A stretch of DNA of 64,000 nucleotides. Source: an uncultured Actinomycetota bacterium. Lineage in GTDB: Bacteria; Actinomycetota; Actinomycetes; Mycobacteriales; Nakamurellaceae. Shown piece after piece: positions 19,973 to 31,161 of the stretch (the first letter of the stretch is position 1; every line of letters starts with the position of its first letter). A program made the position numbers and the translations under genes. Location of the stretch: positions 145,444-209,443 of the forward strand of contig CAWAVL010000014.1 of the NCBI GenBank assembly GCA_963785455.1, in the 5' to 3' direction. The notes under the pieces are model-generated. The model saw only the letters and a program-made list of their open reading frames with translations, ran no database searches and was not told where the DNA came from.

Positions 19973-20918
19973 CCGGCGCGCCGGGCACCTCCCCGACGAC
20001 CAGCAGGCCGCCGCTGGTCTGGGCATCGGCCAGCAACAGCAGCTCCAGTTCGTCGACCGCCGATTGCAGGTGCGGGCGCACCCAGTCCAGGTTCCGCCGG
20101 GTACCGCCGCTGATGTAGCCGGCCGATGCCGACGCCCGCGCACCGTCCAGGTACGGCACGGCCGCCGCATCGACCACGGCGCTGATTCCGGAGGCCCGCA
20201 TCATCTTGTACAGGTGCCCGAGCAGACCGAAGCCGGTGACGTCGGTGGCCGCCGTGACGCCCGCGGAAACCGCTGCCGCACTCGCGGTGTCGTTCAGCTG
20301 CACCATGGTGGCCACGGCCTGCGGGAACACCTCACCGGTGGATTTGTGCCGGTTGTTCAACACGCCGACGCCGAGCGGCTTGGTCAGGCTGATCGGCAGG
20401 CCGGGCACGGCATCGTCGTTGCGCAGCAACCGGTCGGGATGACCGAAGCCGGTGACGGCCATGCCGTACTTCGGTTCCGGGTCGTCGATGCTGTGCCCGC
20501 CGCCGACGACGCAGCCTGCCTGCCGGGCCACATCCAGGCCGCCGCGCAGTACCTCGCGCAGCAGTTCGGTGGGCAGCAGCTCTCGCGGCCACCCGACCAA
20601 GTTGACCGCAACCGCCGGCCGGCCACCCATCGCGTACACGTCGGAGAGCGCGTTGGCGGCGGCGATCCGTCCCCAGTCGTAGGCGTCGTCGACGACCGGG
20701 GTGAAGAAGTCGGCCGTGCTGATGATGGCCAGGCCGTTCGCAATGCGGACCACCGCGGCGTCGTCGCCGTTCTCCAGGCCGACCAGCACATCGGGCGACG
20801 TGGGTCCGGCCAACCCGCTGACGATGGCCTCCAACTCGCCCGGCGGGATCTTGCAGGCACAGCCACCGCCGTGCGCGAACTGCGTCAGGCGATACGGCAC
20901 ATCGGTGAGCGCGGTCAT
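19923..20918 (-). CDS. selD: selenide, water dikinase (Cys-type)
   Basis: RLTQFAHGGGCACK, DDAA, TADFFTPVVDD, ANALSDVYAMGG, GGHS, TDVTGFGLLGH, DAQTSGGLL. Confidence 0.96.
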   Translation of the reverse strand: MTALTDVPYRLTQFAHGGGCACKIPPGELEAIVSGLAGPTSPDVLVGLENGDDAAVVRIANGLAIISTADFFTPVVDDAYDWGRIAAANALSDVYAMGGRPAVAVNLVGWPRELLPTELLREVLRGGLDVARQAGCVVGGGHSIDDPEPKYGMAVTGFGHPDRLLRNDDAVPGLPISLTKPLGVGVLNNRHKSTGEVFPQAVATMVQLNDTASAAAVSAGVTAATDVTGFGLLGHLYKMMRASGISAVVDAAAVPYLDGARASASAGYISGGTRRNLDWVRPHLQSAVDELELLLLADAQTSGGLLVVGEVPGAPVIGETVARRSAVVQVR

Positions 20919-20985
20919 GGCGAGAGGGTAGCCACGAGAATCGGACCGCAAACAATCCCCCCGGGACCAACGTACAGCGCACCGG

Positions 20986-21004
20986 GGGGCTTGCGGCAAG
21001 ACCC
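20986..21004. promoter_or_regulatory. rifamycin-associated element (RAE), 19-bp inverted repeat
   Basis: GGGGCTTGC-G-GCAAGACCC (one mismatch between arms) 23 nt upstream of rph; matches the 19-bp RAE palindrome as recalled from actinobacterial rifamycin-resistance genes. Confidence 0.85.
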
Positions 21005-21027
21005 CTGCGGCGCAGCACAATGCCCGC

Positions 21028-23616
21028 GTGCTGGTGGATCTGGGACAGGTGGGCCGAGCGCAGGTTCCGCTGGTCGGCGGAAAGGCCGCCCATCTCGGCG
21101 AGCTGCGAAGGATGGGCGCCCGGGTTCCGCCCGGGTTCTGCGTGACGACGGCGGCGTTCCGGGAAACCGTGGCGGCCGAGCCCGCCGTCGTCGACGGCCT
21201 GACGGAATTGGCACGGCTGCGCGCGGACGACCACGAGGACGTCCGGTCGGTGAGCGGCGCCCTGCGTGCCACCGTGGCCGACATTCCGGTGCCCGAGGAG
21301 CTCGTGACGGCGATCGCAGGCGCGCTGGGCAGGATCGGTGCGGACGCCCCGTACGCCGTCCGTTCCAGCGCCACCGTCGAGGACTCCGCGACCGCCTCGT
21401 TCGCGGGTCAGCAGGACTCGTTCCTCGACGTGGTCGGGCTGTCCGCCGTGCTGCGGCACATCAGCCTCTGCTGGGCATCGCTGTTCACCGAGCGAGCCGT
21501 GGTCTACCGGATGCGCAACGGCATCGACCACGACACCATCCGGATGGCCGTGGTGGTGCAGCGGATGGTCGAGCCCGACGCGGCGGGCGTGCTGTTCACC
21601 GCCGATCCGGTCTCGTCGAATCGCAGGGTCGCCACCGTGGAGGCCGTTCCGGGCCTGGGCGGGGCGTTGGTGTCGGGCGTGACCAACCCGGATGTCGTCA
21701 AGATCCGCGACGGCAGCATCGCTTCCCGGACGGTGATCGGCGAACGGCCCGTGCTCTCCGATGATCAGGCACTCCGGCTGGCGCGGCTGGGCCGGGCGAT
21801 CGAGGCACACTTCGGAACCCCACAGGACATCGAATGGTGCCTGCGCGGCAACGACTTCCACATCGTGCAGAGCCGGCCGATCAGCACGCTGTTCCCGATC
21901 CCATCCGTCGAGGACGATTCCCCGCACGTCTACATCTCGGTCGGGCACCAGCAGATGATGACCGACGCCATTGCGCCGTTGGGTCTGTCGATCTGGCAGC
22001 TCACCGCGATCGCCCGGATGCAGCACGCCGGGGGCCGGCCGTTCGTCGACGTCGCGGGGCCGCTGGCATCGCCCGCCGGGCGCGCCCGGTTACTGGACAT
22101 CGCCTTTCGTTCCGACCCGCTGGTCAGGGACGCACTCGAGACCGTGCTGGACAGTGGCTTCCTTCCGACCCGGCAGGATCCGGTGGAGAATGCCGCACTG
22201 ACCGGTCCCCCGGTGCAGATCGACAACGATCACGGGATCGTCACCGCCCTGATCGAGCAGAGCCGCGCGTCGATCCAGCAGCTGCGGCAGTCGATCACCA
22301 CCCGCTCCGGTGCTGCCCTTTTCGACTATCTGCCGCAGGCGTTCGAGGAACACCAGCGGATGCTGAGTGATCCGCAGAGCATGCGGGCGATCCTGGCGGG
22401 GATGGACGCCAACTGGTGGCTCACCGACCATCTGCGGGCCTGGCTCGGTGACCCGGACGCCGCGGATGTGCTGATCCGTTCGGTACCGGGCAATGTCACC
22501 TCGGAAATGGGACTCGCGCTGCTCGACGTCGCCGACGTGATCCGCCGTCACCCGGCGGTCGTCGGGTTTCTGCAGACAGCCGACGACCACTTCCTCGACG
22601 GGCTCCACCGCATCGACGGGGGCCGCGAGGCAGCGCACGCCATCCACGGCTTCCTCGATCGCTACGGCATGCGCTGTGTCGGCGAGATCGACATCACCAG
22701 ATCCCGGTGGAGCGAGCAGCCGGGCAGCCTGCTGCCCCTCCTGCTGAGCAACGTCGCACATTTCCGGCCCGGCGAGGCGAAGCGTCGATTCGAACGCGGC
22801 CTTGCGCAGGCCAGGGCGAAGGAAACCGAAGTGCTGCAACGCCTTCGCGCACTGCCCGGCGGCCAGGAGAAGGCCGCCGAAACAGCATGGATGATCGACC
22901 GGGTCCGCATCTTCGTCGGGTACCGCGAGTACCCGAAATACGCGCTGATCACCCGCTATTTCTTGTACAAACAGGCGCTGATGCGCGAGGCGGCTGACCT
23001 GGCGGCGGCCGGATTGATCACCTCCCCGGAGGACGTCTTCTTCCTCACCCTTGACGAGTTCGCTGCCGCGGTGCGCAGCGGTCGAGTGGATACGGAGCTG
23101 ATCGACCGGCGCAGGCAGGAGTTCGCCGTCTTCCGGACGCTGCGCCCGCCGAGGGTGCTGACCTCGGACGGCGAGGTGTTCATGGGGGGCTACCGACGCT
23201 CCGACCCACCCGCGGGAGCGCTCGTCGGCCTGCCGGTGTCCGCCGGCGTCGTCGAGGGGCGAGCCCGCGTCATCACGGACATCGCGCGGGCGAACGTCGA
23301 GCCGGGGGACATCCTCGTCACCACCTCCACCGATCCGAGTTGGTCACCGCTGTTCGTGGCCGTCGCGGCACTGGTGACCGAGGTCGGCGGGCAGATGACC
23401 CATGGTGCGGTCATCGCCCGGGAGTACGGTTTGCCGGCCGTTGTCGGCGTCGACAGTGCCACCGCGCTGATCCGGGACGGCAGGCGGATCCGCGTCGACG
23501 GCACCGCGGGCTACGTGCAGGTCCTTCCCGATGCCGAGCCGGCCGTCGTCTCGGCTACCGTGTCCGGCGGAGGCGTACAGGCGCCTGGTGGCCCTCCCGG
23601 TCTTCAAAACCGGTGA
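21028..23616 (+). CDS. rph: rifamycin-inactivating phosphotransferase
   Basis: ATP-grasp N-terminus (GGKAAHLGEL, AVRSSATVED..ASFAGQQDS), central RIF-binding region with HQQMMTD and GYREYPKY, C-terminal swivel His domain (GGQMTHGAVIAREYGLPAVVGV); upstream RAE. Confidence 0.92.
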   Translation: MLVDLGQVGRAQVPLVGGKAAHLGELRRMGARVPPGFCVTTAAFRETVAAEPAVVDGLTELARLRADDHEDVRSVSGALRATVADIPVPEELVTAIAGALGRIGADAPYAVRSSATVEDSATASFAGQQDSFLDVVGLSAVLRHISLCWASLFTERAVVYRMRNGIDHDTIRMAVVVQRMVEPDAAGVLFTADPVSSNRRVATVEAVPGLGGALVSGVTNPDVVKIRDGSIASRTVIGERPVLSDDQALRLARLGRAIEAHFGTPQDIEWCLRGNDFHIVQSRPISTLFPIPSVEDDSPHVYISVGHQQMMTDAIAPLGLSIWQLTAIARMQHAGGRPFVDVAGPLASPAGRARLLDIAFRSDPLVRDALETVLDSGFLPTRQDPVENAALTGPPVQIDNDHGIVTALIEQSRASIQQLRQSITTRSGAALFDYLPQAFEEHQRMLSDPQSMRAILAGMDANWWLTDHLRAWLGDPDAADVLIRSVPGNVTSEMGLALLDVADVIRRHPAVVGFLQTADDHFLDGLHRIDGGREAAHAIHGFLDRYGMRCVGEIDITRSRWSEQPGSLLPLLLSNVAHFRPGEAKRRFERGLAQARAKETEVLQRLRALPGGQEKAAETAWMIDRVRIFVGYREYPKYALITRYFLYKQALMREAADLAAAGLITSPEDVFFLTLDEFAAAVRSGRVDTELIDRRRQEFAVFRTLRPPRVLTSDGEVFMGGYRRSDPPAGALVGLPVSAGVVEGRARVITDIARANVEPGDILVTTSTDPSWSPLFVAVAALVTEVGGQMTHGAVIAREYGLPAVVGVDSATALIRDGRRIRVDGTAGYVQVLPDAEPAVVSATVSGGGVQAPGGPPGLQNR
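23556..23561 (+). promoter_or_regulatory. putative -10 element of selC inside the rph coding sequence
   Basis: TACCGT (TAnnnT) 7 nt before the first base of tRNA-Sec. Confidence 0.45.
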
Positions 23617-23664
23617 AGTCGAGCATCTCGGCTTGGCGGGTTCGATTCCCGTCCGCCTCCGCCA
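23569..23664 (+). tRNA. selC: tRNA-Sec (anticodon UCA)
   Basis: GGAGGCG/CGCCTCC acceptor, CCGGT-CTTCAAA-ACCGG anticodon arm with TCA at 23604-23606, long variable arm, GGTTCGATTCC T-loop, G discriminator plus encoded CCA; 96 nt. Confidence 0.96.
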
Positions 23665-23693
23665 CCTGTCGCACCGGGTGGTAAAACGGCCGG

Positions 23694-24986
23694 GTGACGG
23701 TTGACCCGCGGCGGCTGGTGCCCCGCACGGACACCGTGCTCGCCGACCCCCGACTGGTGGCCGCGGCGCAGCGGCTGGGGTCCGGCACCGTCCGCACCGC
23801 AGTCCGGGACGCCCAGCAGCTCGCCAGGGAAGGCAGCATTGCCCCCGAGGACGTTGCCGATGCCGCAGTGCGCTCACTGCCGGAATCGGGCACCGGCCTC
23901 ACGGCGGTGCTGAATGCGACAGGCGTTGTGCTGCACACCAACCTGGGTCGGGCGCCGCTGTCCCCGGCGGCCACGGACGCCATGACGACGGCCGCCGGCT
24001 ACGTCGACGTGGAATTCGACCTGGGCTCCGGTCGCCGCGCGGCCCGCGGGTCGCGGGCACTGCAGGCACTGCGGGCGGCGGTGCCCGATGCGGAGGCCGT
24101 CCTGCTGGTCACCAACGGCGCGGCCGCACTGGTGCTGGCCACCACCGCCCTCGCCGCCGGCCGCGAGGTGCTGATCAGCCGCGGCGAGATGGTGGAGATC
24201 GGCGCCGGCTTCCGGTTGGCGGATCTCATCACCGCCACCGGCGTCCGCATCCGCGAGGTCGGTTCGACCAACCGGACGACGCTGCGCGACTACGAGCAGG
24301 CCATCGGCGCGGACACCGCGGCCCTGGTCAAGATCCATCCCAGCAACTTCCGGCTCACCGGTTTCACCTCATCGGTGCCGGTGACCGACCTGGCGCGGCT
24401 ACCGGTACCCGTGATCGCCGATGTGGGAAGCGGCCTGCTGCAGCCCGATCCGTTGCTGCCGGAGGAGCCGGACGTCCGGTCGGCGCTGCGGGCGGGCGCA
24501 GCCGTCGTCACCTGCAGCGGCGACAAGCTTCTCGGCGGCCCGCAGGCCGGGCTGGTGCTGGGCACCGCGGGTGCCGTCGAGACCATGCGCACCCATCCGC
24601 TGGCGCGCGCGTTCCGGCTGGACAAGATCGGCCTTGCCGCGTTCGAGGCCACCCTGCGCGGACCGGCAGCGCCCGCGCACCGCTACCTGCACGCCGACCC
24701 GGACCTGCTCCGCCGGCGGTGCGAGAACATCGCCCGCGAAACGGGTCTCACCGTGGTGCCGAGCGACGGCGCGGTCGGCGGCGGTGCCGCTCCCGGACTG
24801 CCCCTGCCGGGTTGGGCGATCGCCGTGCCGGTGGCACTTGCCCGGCCGCTGCGGCTGGGTCGCCCAGCGGTGGTCGGCCGGGTGGAGCGCGACCGGTTGC
24901 TGCTCGACCTGCGGTGCGTGCCCGAGGAGGCGGACCCGTTGCTGCGCAAGGCCCTTGCCGCGGCACTGGATGCGCGGGGCGGCTGA
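23694..24986 (+). CDS. selA: L-seryl-tRNA(Sec) selenium transferase
   Basis: VLNATGVVLHTNLGRAPL, ISRGEMVEIG..FR, REVGSTNRT, SGDKLLGGPQAG (PLP Lys). Confidence 0.96.
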   Translation: MTVDPRRLVPRTDTVLADPRLVAAAQRLGSGTVRTAVRDAQQLAREGSIAPEDVADAAVRSLPESGTGLTAVLNATGVVLHTNLGRAPLSPAATDAMTTAAGYVDVEFDLGSGRRAARGSRALQALRAAVPDAEAVLLVTNGAAALVLATTALAAGREVLISRGEMVEIGAGFRLADLITATGVRIREVGSTNRTTLRDYEQAIGADTAALVKIHPSNFRLTGFTSSVPVTDLARLPVPVIADVGSGLLQPDPLLPEEPDVRSALRAGAAVVTCSGDKLLGGPQAGLVLGTAGAVETMRTHPLARAFRLDKIGLAAFEATLRGPAAPAHRYLHADPDLLRRRCENIARETGLTVVPSDGAVGGGAAPGLPLPGWAIAVPVALARPLRLGRPAVVGRVERDRLLLDLRCVPEEADPLLRKALAAALDARGG

Positions 24987-24992
24987 CCGCAA

Positions 24993-26783
24993 ATGGATGT
25001 GCTGGCCACCGCCGGGCACGTCGATCACGGAAAGTCCACCCTGGTCCGCGCGCTGACGAGCATGGAACCCGATCGTTGGGCGGAGGAACGCCGCCGCGGC
25101 ATGACGATCGACCTCGGTTTCGCCTGGACCACCCTGCCGTCCGGCCGGACGCTGGCCTTCGTCGACGTCCCGGGGCACCAGCGGTTCATCGGCAACATGC
25201 TCGCCGGGCTGGGACCGGCCCCGGCCGTGATGATGGTCGTCGCAGCCGACGAGGGATGGCGCGAGCAGAGCACCGAACACCTTGCCGCGGCGGATGCGCT
25301 CGGCATCTCGCACGGCCTGCTGGTGATCACCCGCGCCGACCTCGCCGACCCCGCCGCCGCGCTGGCGCAATCACGAGAACGCCTGCACGGCACGAGCTTG
25401 CACGGCGCCGACGCGGTCGCGGTCTCCGGCACGACGGGAATGGGCCTGGACGCTCTCCGCTCGGCACTGGACAGGCTGGTGGCAACCGTCCCGTCGCCGG
25501 GGACGACGAGCCGGTTGCGGTTGTGGGTGGACCGGTCGTTCTCCGTCCGCGGGTCCGGCACGGTGGTGACCGGCACCCTGGAAGCCGGAACGCTGAACAC
25601 CGGCGAGGATCTCGAGGTGGCCGGGCATCGGGTCGGCGTGCGCGGGCTGCACAGCCTCGGCCGGCCGGAGACCAGGGTCGACGCGGTGGCCCGGGTGGCG
25701 GTGAACCTGCGCGGTCTGCCCCGCGAGGCGGTCGGCCGCGGTGACGCCCTGCTCACCCCGGGCAGCTGGCGTCCGGTCAGCGTCCTGGATGTCCGGACCG
25801 CCCGCACGGACGACAACTTCGCTGACCTGCCAACGGAAGTCGTGCTCTACGTCGGCACGGCGGCGGTCCCCGTGCGGGTCCGGCCGTTGGGCACGGGATC
25901 GGCCCGCCTGACGCTGAGCAGGCCTCTTCCGCTGCAGACGGACGACCGCGCCATCCTGTCCGACCGCAACCGGCACCACCTGCCCCGCGGCGTGGTGGTG
26001 CTCGACGCCGACCCGATACCGCTGCGCCGACGGGGCGCCGCCGCGGCCCGGGCCGCGGAACTCGCCGGCCTGACCGGGACACCCACTGTCGCCGACCACG
26101 TCCGCTGGCGCGGCGCGGTGCGGACGGCCGACCTCGCCGCCTGGGGGGTGACCGGGGAACCTTCCGCGGGCACCGCACGGGTCCGGGAATGGCTGATCGA
26201 CCACGATCACTGGCAGCGGTGCGGGGCCGCGCTGACCACCGCAGTCCGAGCGCGCGTCGCGGCGCACCCGCACGACCCGTACCTGGCCGTCGAGGCCGCG
26301 GTGACCGCGGCCGGCGTTCCGGACGCCACCCTGATCGGCCCGCTCGCGCGGGCCCAACGGCTCACCGTCACCGGCCGCGGCATCGGCATGCCCGGCCGGG
26401 GCGCGTCCCTCGGACCTGCCGAGGCCGCCGTCCGCGAGCTGGAAATGGCATTGCAGGCAACGCCTTTTCTGGCCCCCGACCGCGCAGAACTGGACCGGCT
26501 GCGGCTCGGCAACCGCGAGTTGGCCACCGCCGCCGCGCTGGGCCGGGTGCTGCGGCTGCAATCGGACGTCGTCGTCCTGCCCGACGCCCCGGCCAGGGCG
26601 ATGCGCGTCCTGTCCGCGCTCGAGCAGCCATTCACCACCAGCCAGGCGCGGCAGGCGCTGAGCACTACCCGGCGGGTCGTCATCCCGCTGCTCGAGCACC
26701 TCGACGGACGCGGCTGGACCGAGCGGCTGGACACCGACCACCGGCGCGTCGTTCAGTCGACGTCGACGAAGAGCGCGCGATGA
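24993..26783 (+). CDS. selB: selenocysteine-specific elongation factor
   Basis: ATAGHVDHGKSTL, EERRRGMTIDLGF, DVPGHQRF, LWVDRSF..RG.GTVVTGTL; C-terminal winged helix (TTRRVVIPLLEHLD). Confidence 0.96.
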   Translation: MDVLATAGHVDHGKSTLVRALTSMEPDRWAEERRRGMTIDLGFAWTTLPSGRTLAFVDVPGHQRFIGNMLAGLGPAPAVMMVVAADEGWREQSTEHLAAADALGISHGLLVITRADLADPAAALAQSRERLHGTSLHGADAVAVSGTTGMGLDALRSALDRLVATVPSPGTTSRLRLWVDRSFSVRGSGTVVTGTLEAGTLNTGEDLEVAGHRVGVRGLHSLGRPETRVDAVARVAVNLRGLPREAVGRGDALLTPGSWRPVSVLDVRTARTDDNFADLPTEVVLYVGTAAVPVRVRPLGTGSARLTLSRPLPLQTDDRAILSDRNRHHLPRGVVVLDADPIPLRRRGAAAARAAELAGLTGTPTVADHVRWRGAVRTADLAAWGVTGEPSAGTARVREWLIDHDHWQRCGAALTTAVRARVAAHPHDPYLAVEAAVTAAGVPDATLIGPLARAQRLTVTGRGIGMPGRGASLGPAEAAVRELEMALQATPFLAPDRAELDRLRLGNRELATAAALGRVLRLQSDVVVLPDAPARAMRVLSALEQPFTTSQARQALSTTRRVVIPLLEHLDGRGWTERLDTDHRRVVQSTSTKSAR

Positions 26784-26799
26784 TCCGGCAGCGGCAGCG

Positions 26800-26915
26800 C
26801 TGGTGCCCCGCTGCCCCGCGCACCAGGATGTGGTCGAGCTGCCGGTCCGCCGCGTCCAGCGGGAACGTCGGCAGTGACGCCAGCGACCGGTACCCGGTGA
26901 TCGACGCACGGTGCT
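26800..26915 (-). pseudogene. remnant of an endonuclease/exonuclease/phosphatase (EEP) family gene
   Basis: ITGYRSLASLPTFPLDAADRQLDHILVRG resembles the conserved EEP C-terminal TFP...RQLDH motif, with no upstream domain. Confidence 0.5.
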
Positions 26916-27079
26916 CGACCTCGCCGACCGGTTCGATGTGCTGGGATTGCACATCCAGGTGCTTGCCGGCCACCCAGGTGATGGATTGGGCCGCCATCCG
27001 CGCCGACACGGCCGACAATGATTTCGCCGCAGCGTTTCTGGTACTGATGGAGCGCCTCGGGATCGTCGACGAGCCCTGA
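26911..27079 (+). pseudogene. 3' remnant of an actinobacterial nucleotidyltransferase-family gene
   Basis: VLDLADRFDVLGLHIQVLA then, after a frame change, DWAAIRADTADNDFAAAFLVLMERLGIV*, like the C-terminus of that family; no start or N-terminal domain. Confidence 0.45.
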
Positions 27080-27099
27080 TCGTTCACTCAGCGGACACG

Positions 27100-27132
27100 G
27101 GGAAGGCCCCGGGCATTGCCCGGGGCCTTCCC
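27100..27132. terminator. GC-rich hairpin, probably a bidirectional terminator between the sel operon and ppdK
   Basis: GGAAGGCCCCGGGCA-T-TGCCCGGGGCCTTCC perfect 15-bp inverted repeat between convergent genes. Confidence 0.85.
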
Positions 27133-27147
27133 TTGGCGGGGAGGTGG

Positions 27148-29838
<2,691 letters not shown>

Positions 29839-30212
29839 CTTCCTTTGGCTCCTTTGCCGGTGGGCAGGCGTGTGTAGGGGCACAACCCGAGCTCCACGCC
29901 GCGGACTCCACTGCAGAATGGCGCAGCGCCCCAGCAGCAGGCAGGGTCCTTGGTCCCCATGCGCCGGGCAAAAAAGCTGGCCGGGACCAACGTCCCGACA
30001 AACCGGACCAAACGATCCTTACAGCCGCGAATCGCCGCCGGTCCAATGATTGCGGTGACGGAATTCACATTGTGTCCCACGCCGGGACGCTGCCGGTCAC
30101 CGTCGATGGATGGTTGAGGCGCCGCCGCAGGTCCCCAGCCCCACACCGTGACCGACGCCCGGTCGCAGGGGGCTGGGGGACACGGAACGGCCACTCGGCC
30201 GCGGTTCCCGCT

Positions 30213-30584
30213 CTAGAATGCTTCCGCCCGGTGTTCCACCGTTGGCTCCTCGCCCGGTGGCCACAGCACGCCGATCACGTCGAAACGCATCCGCGGGAAG
30301 CCGCGGATGTGCGGCTGCGCCAGCCACAACAGGCCGAGCCGCCGGAGTCTACGTCGTTTCCCCTGGGTGACCGCCTCGAAAGGCGAGCCGTAGCCCTGAC
30401 CGCTGCGGGTCTTCACCTCGCAGAAGATGACCACCGGATGACGCTGCGACGGGTCGGTCGCGACGATGTCGAGCTCGCCCTCCGAGCACCGCCAGTTCCG
30501 GTCCAGCACCACCAGACCGGCACGCTCCAGGGCGGCGACGGCGACGTCCTCACCACGCCGCCCCAGCTCGTCCTTGGCCGCCAC
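30213..30584 (-). CDS. yraN: YraN (UPF0102) family endonuclease-like protein
   Basis: LGRRGED.A...L, RNWRCSEGELDIVA, FCEVKTR, RFDVIGV. Confidence 0.92.
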   Translation of the reverse strand: MAAKDELGRRGEDVAVAALERAGLVVLDRNWRCSEGELDIVATDPSQRHPVVIFCEVKTRSGQGYGSPFEAVTQGKRRRLRRLGLLWLAQPHIRGFPRMRFDVIGVLWPPGEEPTVEHRAEAF

Positions 30585-30651
30585 CGGTCCAGCGTGCCTC
30601 GCCCGGGCGCCCCGCGACCGCGGCCACGGCAGAATGTGGACAACTCGGCGA

Positions 30652-31161
30652 TCAGCCGGTCAGCAGCCACTTCTCGAACGAGGGGTTGCACAGGCAGGCC
30701 GGCGATCGCTTCTCCCGGATCAGCTCCACGGCGTCGCCCGGCGACATCCCGCCGAGCACGAGCGCCCGCCCGACGACCAGGCTGGAGCGGTTCAGCCCGG
30801 CCTGGCAGTGCACCAGGGTGGGCCCGTCCGCCCGGCAGCTGTTCACCCAGTTCGCGATCGCATCGACCTGCGCGAAGCCCTGCTCGATGCTGTCGTACAT
30901 CCGCACCTCGAGCCGGCTGCCCAGATCGTGCTCGACGGTGTACTTCTCCCACGGATACAGCGAGACCAGGTGCCTGATGAACCGGGGCAACACCAGGTCG
31001 TCCTGGCAGCCACCGAGCCACAGGTCGGACGCGACCTCGCTGATGAACGGCACGTCGAAGGGCAACAAACCGTGCGCCGAGACCCCGACAAGTCGTTGCC
31101 GTTGCGGGTCGACCGCGAGATCGACCCGGGTGGGATCGAACTCGCCCGGCTCCGTCGTCAC
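30652..31161 (-). CDS. dual-specificity protein phosphatase family protein
   Basis: LWLGG, VHCQAGLNRS (HCx5R), ELIREKRS. Confidence 0.85.
   Translation of the reverse strand: MTTEPGEFDPTRVDLAVDPQRQRLVGVSAHGLLPFDVPFISEVASDLWLGGCQDDLVLPRFIRHLVSLYPWEKYTVEHDLGSRLEVRMYDSIEQGFAQVDAIANWVNSCRADGPTLVHCQAGLNRSSLVVGRALVLGGMSPGDAVELIREKRSPACLCNPSFEKWLLTG

Noticed and set aside
21028-23616. Calling this gene PEP synthase
   Set aside because: The domain order (His swivel domain at the C-terminus, no PEP/pyruvate-binding barrel), the YREYPK motif and the upstream RAE indicate Rph.
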